Positions 1-11,633 of a stretch of 64,000 bases of DNA are shown here, in pieces. The stretch spans positions 63,550,001 through 63,614,000 of the forward strand of contig NC_042999.1 in assembly GCF_006345805.1 (NCBI RefSeq), read 5' to 3'. The position numbers were made by a program, and so were the translations under genes. The notes beneath the pieces were generated by a model, which saw only the letters and a list, made by a program, of their open reading frames with translations, ran no database searches and had not been told where the DNA came from. Source of the stretch: Octopus sinensis. Taxonomy: Eukaryota. Position 1 is the stretch's first letter. Each line of letters begins with the position of its first letter.

Positions 1-375
1 AGTACATCAACATCAACATCAAAATAAAGATCAAATGGAAATTGTAGTTGTGATACCTGTGCTGGTGGCACATAAAAAGCACCATTCGAACGTGGCTGAT
101 GCCAGCGCTGCCTCGACTGGGTTCTGTGCTAGTGGCACGTAAAAAGCACCAACCGATCATGGCCGTTACCAGCCTCCCCTGGCACCTGTGCCAGTGGCAT
201 GTAAAAAGCACCCACTACACTCACAGAGTGGTTGGCGTTAGGAAGGGCATCCAGCTGTAGAAACACTGCCAGATCAGACTGGAGCCTGGTGCAGCCTCCT
301 GGTTTCCCAGACCCCAGTCAAACTGTCCAACCCATGCTAGCATGGAAAACGGATGTTAAACGATGATGATGATGA
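1..375 (+). mobile_element. RTE-clade LINE 3' UTR fragment
   Basis: Same 3' end as the RT-encoding element at 46910-48886 (GGTTGGCGTTAGGAAGGGCATCC...CCATGCTAGCATGG) with a (GAT)n tail. Confidence 0.85.
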
Positions 376-733
376 CTTCATTTCCCTACTACCAAATCTT
401 GTACAAACCGATATATCTCAGTTCTTCCTTCTCAGATTGTCAACCTTTTGGAATTTACTTCCCCATCATGTTTTCCCTGCACAATGACTCAGAGACATTC
501 ATACTGAACATCAACCATATTGTTTGGTATTGCCTGTGATGGTCATCAGTACTTCTCCTTGCTTCTGGGTGAAATTATTAAGAACAAAATTTATGAAAAA
601 CATTAGTAAAGGAAAAGAAAATATTACTGGTTTAATATTGACTGGAAATGGGCAGACTTAATAAATCTATTGTAATATAAAAGGAAACTTTCTAAACACT
701 TATTTACATAGGAAAGATGAAACTTGTGTTACA

Positions 734-1411
734 TTGAAGGCAACCTATCTAGGCAACTCCAAAATATAATTGAAACAGAGTTGAGGGGGCTCTTTGTCCT
801 GTGACAATGTGCCTTTAGTATTAAACAAAATATGCTTGTGTGTGGCAATATTTTTGATAAAATCACTTGAGAGTTAATAAAATAAAAAAAAAGAACTGTT
901 TCAATTTTGAAATTCTTCAGATAAGTGTAGTAGCTACAAGAATTTAGTTCCTTCCTTCTATAGTATAAGTTTAAACCATACTGGGGCCAAATTTACTTTT
1001 AATTTATAAAATATCTACCAACAATATACTGTGTGAATTCAATTAGCCTCACTCTCTTTGTGGCTTTGTGCATTGTCAAAAGAAATCTATTCTTAAAGTA
1101 ATTAAATTCAAGTACTCAGAATAGTTGAATCTATTTTGTTTAAAATATAACAAAATAGACAAAAGAAAGATGTGGTACTGTAGCAAAGATTGTTCTTATA
1201 TCTCTGTTGCTATATAATATAAAGTCTGTATGTTGTACAATGGGTGTATGTTATATAAAGGCCTAAATTAAGTGTGATCTACTATTCTGAGTAATTTTGT
1301 AGATGTCATTGGAATAAGGTGTAAAGTCATGCTAATACAGGACTAAGTATCCTCTCAAGCCTGTATCTATTATATTTTAGAATGACTGCTTCCTAGATAG
1401 GTTGCCTTCAA
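734..1411. repeat. 20-bp perfect inverted repeat pair, possible decayed MITE
   Basis: TTGAAGGCAACCTATCTAGG (734-753) and its reverse complement (1392-1411). Confidence 0.5.
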
Positions 1412-2272
1412 GATAACAGAAAGAGTTTTGTCTCTGCAATGTGTTTGGGAAGTTTCATTAGAATGAATTTATTGAGTGTGCTCTACAAGTAAGATCTTGT
1501 AATTTGACCCATTTAGGAAAACATAAAACTTGGAATATGACAGCTGTCTGACTGCATTTAAACATGGGAAAAGAACATAAATATGACAATTATCATCATT
1601 TCCCAGTTGGAGCACCTACACAATGGTAAATGAGTCCTGCCACTCCTACTAATACATGTGAATAATATGACTGTATTCAATGAAGCAAAGTTGCACGTTG
1701 TAGTGACTACACCAAACTGTACAAGCAATGCAAACAAAAAGAGTACAAATAATTTAAATGAAACAAAATGTTATTATAAAATATATAACAATTGCCTCTC
1801 GCAACAATGCCCTAATGTTCACTTGCCTATTGTGTATTCTATGTAAAGCACGTTCACATACTTTGAATTGTTGAATTTCATTCCTAAAAATAGAGATTTT
1901 TTATAGGGTATACAAAGCTACAAATTTTGGTGCAAACATATATTTTAAAAATTTGTTTTGTGGTCACATGATTTCATCCTACCATGTGACATGTTGAGCA
2001 AGTGTCTTCTACCACAGTATTTTTGAAGAAAAAGGGATGATGAAACTAAGTGGGGACCTACTGGATGGACTTTTTCTGCCTCTTGTTCCCCTACTAGTCT
2101 AAAAGGACCCATGGCAGTCATAAATTTGCCTTTCATCCTCTGTTGAAGCCATTGAAAATTAAAAATTTGTGTAGCAGGAATAAAGTCAATTTAATCACCA
2201 CAATGTATCACTGGTATGTATCAACACTTGAAAGAGGAAATACTTTTCCTAAGTCAAATAGATATAATGTAT

Positions 2273-3003
2273 TAATATACACTATAAAAAATAAAACAGA
2301 CCTCACTTTAATTGCTGAAGTAGTGATGAGAGAATCACAAAGAAAATATACAATATCAGACACAAATGGGTATGAGAAATTTTGTATATTTATAAAAATA
2401 AATCACTGAGTTTAATTACACAGAGATGCCATCATCATCATCATCATCATCATCATTGTTTAACACCCGCTTTCCATGCTAGCATGGGTTGGACGATTTT
2501 GACTGAGGGCTGGCAAACTAGACGGCCGCACCAGGCTCCAATCTTGATCTGGCAGAGTTTCTACAGCTGAATGCCCTTCCTAACACCAACCACTCTGAGA
2601 GTGTAGTGGGTGCTTTTTACGTGCCACCAGCACGGGGCCAGTCAGGCGGTACTGGCAATGACCTCGGTCAAATCTTTTTACACATGCCACCAGCACAGGT
2701 GCCAGTAAGGAGATGTTGGTAACGATCACGCTCGAATGGTGCCCTTTTATGTGCCACCGGCACGGAGCCAGTTGGCTGCTCTGGCAATGACCACGCTCGG
2801 ATGGTGCTCTTGGCACCCTACTAGCACGGGCACAAGTGCCAGTAATATACACTATAAAAAATAAAACAGACCTCACTTTAATTGTTGAAGTAGTGATGAG
2901 AGAATCACAAAGAAAATATACAATATCAGACACGAATGGGTATGATAAATTTTGTATATTTATAAAAATAAGTCACTGAGTTTAATTACTAAGAGATGCC
3001 ATC
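2273..3003. repeat. 161-bp direct duplication flanking an RTE insertion
   Basis: 2273-2433 and 2843-3003 are near-identical and bracket the RTE fragment exactly. Confidence 0.9.
2431..2845 (-). mobile_element. RTE LINE 3' UTR fragment
   Basis: (CAT)n tail at the left, conserved RTE 3' end, several ~60-bp GTGCCACCRGCAC units. Confidence 0.85.
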
Positions 3004-3619
3004 TACATGAAAAACAACAGTTAAGTTAGTGTAATATATTTAATGCTATGGACATTGAAAATCTAATTAGAAATATTTATGCAGTGAGCAAAGGTAACAT
3101 TAGCATAATGTGCTATGCTGAAAAGGTCTAATAAGACCAAAACATGTCAAGAATTGTCTTTCATACTTAGTAAAGGTATGAAAATATTGGTTTCAATTCA
3201 TGGGTTAAGGCCATCAGTTTTGGGGGAGGATGCAAGTTGATTACATCAACTCAAGTGCTCAGCTTTCTTTTCCAAAACATATAAGTACTTCTAAGTACCA
3301 TAAATGTCTGTGTATATTATACCACCATGCATAATGTGCCTCTCAATTATGGAGGCCGCATTTGTCTTAAAAACCAATAATACTACTTATAAAACATAGT
3401 GTCATACAGCTGAAATAAAAGTAGATAACCAGCTATAATCCAACAATTTTTAATATATTATTTGAGATAAAATATATTGACATATTTAAAAGAATTATCT
3501 AAAATCATATTACAGCTCTATTACATTAATGTTTTTTCTTAATGAAAGTGAGTAAGGAAATACCATATATTAAACAACGCCTTAATTTTGATTTTGGTTG
3601 AAAAGCATGTTATCTTTTT

Positions 3620-3885
3620 AGGCATGTTTCTGTCATTGGACTGCAGCCATAATTGGACATTAAATTGAAGGGTTTAATCAAAAATATATGTGCCAATACT
3701 TATTCTTTAGTCTGGTACTAATTCTATCAGTTGAACTACTAAGTTACAGGGACATAAATAAATCAACGTCAGTTGTGAATCAGTGACATCCAGTTTCCAA
3801 CTATATATTCATTCACAAGGCAATGGTCAGCCCAGGGATATAATAGAAGATACCTGCCCAAGGTATTGAACAGTGTAACTGAACT
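3620..3885 (-). mobile_element. Degenerate tRNA-derived SINE (group A)
   Basis: Diverged match to the group A copies at 30416 and 45595. Confidence 0.55.
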
Positions 3886-5099
3886 ATGCTTGATTAAAAT
3901 ATTTGATTTTTATGCAGGTAATGTCCCGACATATTTCTCCATGTCACTAACTTATTTCTAATGTTCAGTATCATTATTTTAATCCTTCCGTCTTCAGTAC
4001 AGACAGAAGGATGAGGCAAGGCTAGAGTGGATAAAGTGAAATTTGGTAATGCAGGAGATTTTGCAAAGCGAGATTTTCTTCCATATCATTTAGTTTGAGG
4101 AAGGGTCAATGCCTATAATATTTATAGGCTCTCCTGGACTGCCATTGTTCTTGTATAGACCCAGGTCAGTCCTGGCTGAGCAAAGATATTTCAGTCATGA
4201 CCACACTTTTTTCATTGTTGATGTATCTAAGACATTTGAGGGTTGAGTAGGACTGTAGAATATAATTAGTAGTATGTTGAGTCACTGCATAGAGGTTCCC
4301 TCCCACAATGATGGGATTCATCCATCTCATGTTCAATCTGACCTTTGCAGCTTTGAAAATTCCAAAAATTTGTATTCTTAATGAGGAAGAATTGGGGGAA
4401 ATTTTAGGTAGGGGGTTTGAGGAAGTAAGACACTGTAGACTTGATGAAGGGACAGGAAGATTTGCTTGGATAGGAATGACAAAAGGTTTGTTAGTGTGAT
4501 GATAGTCACTCTGCTTGTTGTAGTAGTACAAATGATGGCAGGACATTACATTTCATGGCTACTGGATATAGCATGTTGGTGAGAAGAGGCAAGTTTCATA
4601 CACACAAGGTAGTTCTTAGAATTGAAGTTTCTATATCAGTAGTTGTATTTGTTTTTTAAGGTCAGGTTATCCCTGATTGAGTAGACCTATGATCAAAGAT
4701 ATTTTATCAGTGACCAACCACTCTGTTTAGAGTTATCTAGGACAACATTATCCAGTGTGATGAAAATCTGGCTATTATTTCTGCCAGGTTAAGCGACTGT
4801 GTAAGTTTTCCCTTTTTGGCCCGACTTTTGGTAAGTGTTAGTATTAAGAGAAAGAAAGCTTATAAAGGAAGCAGTACAAAGTAAAGATTATAAGGTTAAG
4901 AAAGCAATAATAATGTAATGCCGGTGGTGGAGAAAAAACAATCAAGTAGATGGCTTTTTCTGCAGTCTCAAATACTGATGAACAGAGTATGTCATTCATT
5001 ACACTATACTGTAAGAAATAGAAGCGAAATCATCCCGCCTTTACCAATAAGTTTCTATGTAGTTGCGCGAATAGCAACCAAAGTATATGCTTCCGTCTC

Positions 5100-6067
5100 A
5101 AAAATGAAGGATATATTACATAATGTAGTCTTAAATATATTATGCCTAAGTTTTGGTCATAGGTGTGAATAGATCCGGTGTGCTAAACAACAAATATTAA
5201 TATCAAGGGAAACAAAGACTAAAAAATCCTTCGTTAGGCATATTCTAGGGTTTTAGTAGTAGACGTTTCCCAGTGTATTTCTGATTTAAAATAAATTCCC
5301 GCTTAATTAATTAATGCATAATTAATCTCGCCAGACTGATGAATAATAAATGGAAATGAAACGAGAACAATTGTAATGATACACAATGAGTCAGGCAGTC
5401 GTCATAATCTCCTGCTTATTAATATAATGAACCAAACCTTTAGTAAGAGAAAATCTTTTTAAAAAATAGAAATGAAAATAATTCCCTCTGAGAAATAAAA
5501 CACATAAATGAATATTTCTAAAAATATATATACGTTATATATTTTATGTATGCAACAAGAAAGAAAATATAATTTGCTAATAATTTAATTTATTGGTTTG
5601 AAATAGTTTCCGCGGGAATAACAAGAGTATAGGTAACAGGTGAATGCCTTTTAACACGAGACTGGCCGATCCGAATGTGTGGCTCCTGGTGCTTTGTCTA
5701 ACTCTGCAAGAAACTGATGGAGTTATTATTTGCGAAATCTTATAACAACCACCACACTCCAGATATTATTTCATTCATTCACACATAGATATTTATATGT
5801 ATGCATCTCTGTTGTAGTTGTAATGACATATCATAATTGACATGTCATTTGTGGAGAGATTCGGCTAATGTTATGTTGAAGATATGGTTATCAGCCTGCC
5901 AGCTGTCCGTGTCTATGCATAAGCAATAGGACAAACAAGCACATTTAATTATAAGCGACCTCCAGTTGTCAAGAAAGGAAGGAAAAAATAACAAACAAAC
6001 AAGGAAGGTGGTTTATTGGTGGAGTTGGCGCTGTTTTTCCTTATGTTTTCAATTACTGATAAACTTA
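5100..6067 (+). promoter_or_regulatory. Putative promoter / 5' UTR region of the plus-strand gene
   Basis: Repeat-poor stretch with more CpGs than the flanks, upstream of the first coding exon; E2F-like TTTCCGCGGGAA near 5607; possible donor AG|GTAACA at 5633 and acceptor TTGTAG at 5817. Confidence 0.3.
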
Positions 6068-6324
6068 ATGAAGATCAGAATGAATGATAATCAGAATGAT
6101 ACTCCCTCTACTTTACCGAAAGTTCAAACGTTACCTTCTTTCAATACAACAAGTCTCCCTAATACCGACAGCAGTGCTAGTCACCATCATCTTTACCACC
6201 ACCGGCCGCTTGTTTCACAGACAGCCATCACCAACACTACTGGTCCAACAACATCTTTGTCGTCCACGTGTAAAACCATGGATGTTAATCGCCACAGTAA
6301 GAAACCAGAACGTCACTCTCCTAG
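6068..6324 (+). CDS. First coding exon of an unidentified protein (Ser/Thr/His-rich N-terminus)
   Basis: MKIRMNDNQNDTPST...KKPERHSP(R) in unique sequence, ending at donor AG|GTGAGA (phase 2); joins in frame to 21990. The start could instead be the ATG at 6080. Confidence 0.65.
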
Positions 6325-7075
6325 GTGAGAGATATTCCATTTATTTCTATCATCTTCACATCTCGTTATATATCTATTCATTTCCGCATCTTTATTTTGA
6401 ACTATTTAAAATCATTATTTATTAGAAGCCTCTTTTTTTTTTCTTCGCAACATAAATGTAATATAGACGTAAGTTGTGTGATATGTTAATTAAATTTAGA
6501 GGAAGATGAGAAAATAAGATTGTATGAGGTTCATGCTTCATCAACGATGTAAATGAAATGAAATAGCCACACCTGAGAATCGAAATCGTTACTGAAGGGA
6601 GGCTTAATTGGTCACATGACTTGCTAGAAATAGTAGCCATATCTCAATTCACACCCTTCCTTTTAAAACTTAGACGGGCTGATCACGGCTGTGATGCCTT
6701 TGATTACAGGGCTGGCCTCGAACTAAACAAAATATATATCAAATGGTTAATGTATTGTTTTTAATTTCCTGGCCACGTAATATGTATAAAACCTGCATTG
6801 ACTGAATACTGATTTTATTGTAACGTGACACATTTTGCATAATCGATTATATTTATAGTATCACTGAAGAAATTCGAACAATACTGTTTTCGACAATTTC
6901 TTTAATTGAAAGATTTTTAAAAAACCCATGTTTTTTTGTTTCCCTTTCATATTTTCATTTTCTGAAACGATTAGTGAAGTAAGAAGAATGTTTCTATCTG
7001 GATATTGAATCCAGGTTGTGGATTTCGTTCGCCGAGAACATTCTTTCAAAGCCTTTCGTCGAAGTATTGGATTAC

Positions 7076-7110
7076 CTTATCATTGGCGTTTCTTCGTTGA
7101 CTGAAGACAT
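7076..7110 (-). CDS. Possible first coding exon of an opposite-strand gene
   Basis: ATG-SSVNEETPMI then AG|GTAATC donor in unique, CpG-richer DNA; no partner exon found in the window. Confidence 0.2.
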
Positions 7111-8536
7111 TTCCGAAGGTCCTCTAATCCCCGGATTATTCGAAAGTGAAAGTGATTTACGTGCAGAAAGAATCACTAGTCCAACCCCCTTAGTGTTTTG
7201 TCTTCAGGGACTCTGTAGCCATGGCGCAACTATGTTTAAACGATAGGATGCTTGTCCAATTGCATAGAGATACCGGTATCACAATCTGTTGGGGTCTACT
7301 TTGACGCTTTCTTGCAGTGTGTGAGGGAAGGGCGGTGACTTTAACATCGATGGGACTTGAATCCTGAGGTAGGATCTGAACTAATAGCGCAAAGAGTTGG
7401 AACGGGTACTGCAAGTTACGGTTTCTGTTTAAGCTATCTCGTCCAACATTCTCTTAAATCCGCCAATCCACCACTCCGCGTTATAACGTTATTTAGTGTC
7501 CCCGAAATAATGAAAGTTAAAAAAAAAAAAAAAGAAAAGCGACCCGGCAAGATATGAACTCAGAATGTTGAGAATCAAAAAGCGTTCTATCTCTGTTTAA
7601 CTACGATGTCAATTCGCCGGCTAACCTTACCTATTATTTGTTGTTGTCTAGTCATTGGCGAGCTCTAGTGCTCAAAAGCTTTCCGGACGTGACTGTCGTA
7701 TTATTTTGTATATTAGACTTCGTTGGGTAACTTGAAGGGTATTTGGACTGTTTGCTCGTGCAACTCGAGATATCACACAGTAGCTTTTCCATGTTGTTAA
7801 AATAAGCTATAATCAAGCAGACCTGTGGGTAGAGAGACCCCAGCCGTAACCACTCAGTCTGTTCGCAGGTAGCTAGGACTACATAATGTGTCTCTCTTTA
7901 ACCAGACAACAGGGTATAATTCGAGAGAGATTTAACTGCTATTTTAACGTGTCTGCAATCACATAGAAACTTCATTTTATAGCAGCGTGAGATGTAATGG
8001 AACGACTCCGCATATTAACGGTACTTTTTTTTATTATTTTTTATCAATCCTGAAGGATGAAAGATAAAGTTTATTTTGCCAGGTTTTGAACACTATACTA
8101 CTGGCTCTATCAATACCGATTTTTTACTTCATTTTTCGTGGCAAAGAAAATTGGAAACTGTGAAGTTCTCAATACTATCAGACTACGGTGACGTAAGTGA
8201 AGGGGTTTGTCAGTTTGGAATCTAAACACGAAAGCGGGTTCTGGCACGATATAAATGTACAACCTGTTTCAACCTGGTTGGATTTCAAATCACATGCTCT
8301 CCTTTAAAATTTCTCTCTAAGAAACAAAGAAAATACATTTATAACGCTAGATTATTAACATGTGTAAACTAATAGATTTTTTTTTCTGTTTAAGGCCTAT
8401 GTATGTGTGTGTGTGTATATTTAAATATACATACACATTGACAAATGCATATGCACACACCTAATTAGCGTGTTATTGCATAAACACACACGTGCAGAGT
8501 GAGACGTATTTATTTACTTGCTGCCAATATATTATG

Positions 8537-8580
8537 TATACATACATACATACATACATACATACATAAATATATATATA

Positions 8581-8628
<48 letters not shown>
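8537..8628. repeat. (TACA)n/(TA)n microsatellite
   Basis: Direct reading. Confidence 0.95.
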
Positions 8629-8630
<2 letters not shown>

Positions 8631-8908
8631 CCTCATGGAGGCAAAGTAGCTGAGTTCCTTTCGAGTGTTGGGCCTCTATGGAAACAACGACCGAGACCTT
8701 TGGCATTATGTTATGCAGTCATGGCAGATACCGGTGGCACATAAAAAAGCACCCATTACACTCTCGGAGTGGTTGGCGTTAGGATGGCCATCAAGCCGCA
8801 GAAATCATGCCAAATCAGACTGGAGTCTGGTGCAGTCTTCCAGTTTGCCAGCCCTAGTCAAACCGTTCAACCTTTTCCTGCATGGACAACGGATGTAAAA
8901 TAATGATT
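8628..8908 (+). mobile_element. RTE LINE 3' UTR fragment
   Basis: GTGGCACATAAAAAAGCACCC...GGTTGGCGTTAGGA...GGATGTAAAATAATGAT. Confidence 0.75.
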
Positions 8909-9408
8909 ATATATAAATATATATATATAATACAAATAAGAAAATGGAGAAACAAATTTAGTTTGTTATATATATAATGTGTGTATGTATATATTACACA
9001 CACGCACACACTCACTGACAAGTAAATGTATATGTGTGTATTGTTTAAATGCCTATTCTTCTGTACACACCTTAAGCTTAAATCAATTTTGTTTTATCGA
9101 TTTATATCTGTAAACTGTTCTTGGGCTTTTGTTTCTGGCTGATCGTTTTTTTTTTTTTTTTTTTTATTCTCTATAAACGTCGATTGTATTGAGGTGAATA
9201 AGCAACAAGTTAGTCATTCAGTGTTTGATTACAGGATATTATATACACGAACACACCTATTTACATAATGATTCCTTACAGAAGATTAACTCTTCAAATT
9301 ATGGAGCTTGTAGTCAAATCGTTGACTCCTTGCATCCCCCACCCCTACACTATTTCACACTAATTGGCTGGTTCTATAAATTTTATCTATCTAGGAAGGG
9401 TAGATTAG

Positions 9409-9760
9409 TTCTCTTTTACTTCTTTCAGTCATTTGACTGTGGCCATGCTGGAGCACCGCCTTAAGTCGAGAAAATCGACCCCAGGACTTATTTTTTATAA
9501 GCGTAGTACTTATTCTATCGGTCTATTTTGCCGAACCGCTAAGGAACGTAAACACACCAGCATCGGTTGTCAAGCGATGTTGGTGGGACAAAACAGATAC
9601 ACAAACGTATACACACACATACATATATATGACGGGCTTCTTTCAGTTTCCGTCTACCAAATCCACTCACAAGGCTTTGGTGGGGCCGCGGCTATAGTAG
9701 AAGACACTTGCTCATGGTGCCACGCTGTGGGACGGAACGCGGAACCATGTGGTTCGTAAG
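9409..9760 (-). mobile_element. tRNA-derived SINE (group A)
   Basis: Reverse-complement match to 30416-30801, with central CA/TA microsatellite. Confidence 0.85.
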
Positions 9761-10188
9761 GCACTCCTACACTTGAAATCAGAATATAATAAGGCATCGT
9801 TAAAATTTTGTACAGTAGCAGTGGTCTCAGCAGCAGTTTTTTTTAATTCTTATACTCCACCGCCTACTTGGTACCTCAACATGGCCACAGCTCCTGAGCT
9901 GTAACTACTAAAGACAGCTAAAAAAATGTATATATATGTATCTGTATATAAGCATATATATGTATATATTTATATGTATAGGTATATATGTGCGTACATG
10001 TATATATATATCTAGAGAATGGCTGCATGACTATTTGTTGTTCTCTAGTCATTGGCGAGCTCTAATGCTCAAAGGCTTTCCAGGCGTAACTGTCCTATTA
10101 TTTTGTATATTAGAGACTTCATTGGGTAACTTGAAGGGTGTTTGGACTGCTTGTTCTTGCAGCTCGAGATATCACATAGTATGCCCAT

Positions 10189-10436
10189 GGGCATGTGGCG
10201 TAGTGGTTACGAGCACAGGTTACTAACGATTCCAGGCAGTGACCTGAATAATAATAATAATAACATCGAAAAATACCTTAGGAATGAGAACCCAAGTTCG
10301 AAATTTCCCCCAAGACACCTGATGAAGGCTGGAGGGTGTATCAGCCGAAACGTTGTGTTAACAACAAACAAGATGAGGACAAATATCCATCAAATGTAAA
10401 TAATGTACATATTTCCTCATCTCTCAAATATAGAAC
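10189..10436 (+). mobile_element. tRNA-headed SINE-like element carrying a hammerhead ribozyme
   Basis: A box TGGCGTAGTGG (10196-10206), B-box remnant CGATTCC (10227-10233), (AAT)n, hammerhead, 3' hairpin; 3' part recurs at 62661-62744. Confidence 0.65.
10314..10359 (+). ncRNA. Minimal type I hammerhead ribozyme
   Basis: GACAC-CTGATGA-A-GGCTG..CAGCC-GAAA-CG-TT-GTGTT; stems I and II pair, stem III is the ACGT palindrome; predicted cut after 10354. Confidence 0.8.
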
Positions 10437-10639
10437 GACAACATGACAAATAGAATGAGTATAATAGAGGGTGGTTGCAGAAAATGAACAAAGTTGAGAG
10501 GAAGAGGAGATGAACCATAATGAGAGAGGCTGAACTAGAGAAGTAATGATGAGAAGTGCTAAAGGTGCAATATGATGAGAGAAAGACAGAGAGACAAAGA
10601 TGCACACACACACACACTGATGGGGAGGGATTGTCCACT

Positions 10640-10745
10640 CAACACTGGCCTATCTATTTTCATCATTGGTTCTTATCCATGACATGAACTATCACTTTAT
10701 GGAATCCATTATTGCATCTGATGAGACATGCATTCATTTGTGAAA
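10640..10745 (+). mobile_element. Mariner transposase scrap
   Basis: Translates FMESIIASDETCIH, resembling the IITGDETW catalytic motif. Confidence 0.5.
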
Positions 10746-10986
10746 TGTATGTCTTTCACAAAACTCTTCCATCAGTGTGAAACTATGTAACTTCTAGCTT
10801 GATTTTTTTTTTTTTTTTTTTCATTCAAATTAGTGATCTTTACAAAATATGTCCAATGAAAATCTTACCCTAGATAAGAGATTCTGGTGCTCAACAACAA
10901 CCTATAATAACTGTGTCCATAAAACATCAGCCCATTTTACATTGACAAAAACAGCTTAGTAAAAATTCAGTTTGAAACACATGATA

Positions 10987-11150
10987 GGTGCAGGCATGGC
11001 TGTGTGGTTAAGTTTGCTTCCTAACCATGTGGTCTTGGGTTCAGTCCCACTGTGCAGCACTTTGGACAAGTGTCTTCTACCCCAGGCCTACCAAAGACTT
11101 GGGACTGGATTTGGGAGATAGAAACTGAAATGTCTATTTGTATTTTTGTC
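10987..11150 (+). mobile_element. SINE group A, 5' half
   Basis: GGCATGGCTGTGTGGTTAAG...GGTTCAGTCCCACTG...CAAGTGTCTTCTAC. Confidence 0.75.
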
Positions 11151-11412
11151 TTGACATCAGGTGATGGTTGTAAATGAGCATCATTTCCAGTTTCCCCCCA
11201 AAAAAAACATGTCTGACCACAGGGAAATACTACCTTGCTAGGATACAGGTGAAGCTTGACAACAGTATGGACATCAGAACAGTCAATTATATATTATAAG
11301 AAATCCAGAAACCATCTTGAAAAAAAAAAAAAAGAGTTGGAAGGAGGTTTTAAAAGTTTTCCATATAAACATCATAAATAATTCGTTCACTTTCAAGAGA
11401 ATGCGAGATAAT

Positions 11413-11633
11413 TATTGGAACAGTGGATCTCAAAGCATATGCAGCTATAAATAATAGTATGCAAACACTGAACTGAGAAACCCTTTTAGATAGAAAATGT
11501 TGAAGGCTGCCCATGAGACATGAACCCAAATCCCACTGGCAACTATCAACTTTTTCTATCAAAAAGAAATTTTCAGCCCAGTGTTTGCATATTATTTATA
11601 GCTTTGTGTGCTTCAAGATCCACTGTTCCAATA
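11413..11633. mobile_element. Hairpin MITE with ~55-bp imperfect terminal inverted repeats
   Basis: TATTGGAACAGTGGATCT...TATGCAAACACTG versus CAGTGTTTGCATA...AGATCCACTGTTCCAATA; TA at both ends. Confidence 0.65.

Noticed and set aside
2600-2845. CRISPR-like array of palindromic repeats with spacers (also at 13920, 16860, 18340)
   Set aside because: Spacers are homologous to each other, repeats are degenerate, there are no cas genes, and the array is part of a eukaryotic RTE 3' UTR
4850-5008. Minus-strand acceptor (TTTCTTACAG) as second exon for the 7076-7110 candidate
   Set aside because: Immediate stop in the required phase and no convincing donor
5326-5368. CTGATGA...GAAAC hammerhead-like core
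   Set aside because: No stem I or stem II pairing and no NUH triplet in the right place
10712-10755. CTGATGA...GAAA hammerhead-like core
   Set aside because: It is the SDET codons of a mariner transposase remnant; stems do not form convincingly
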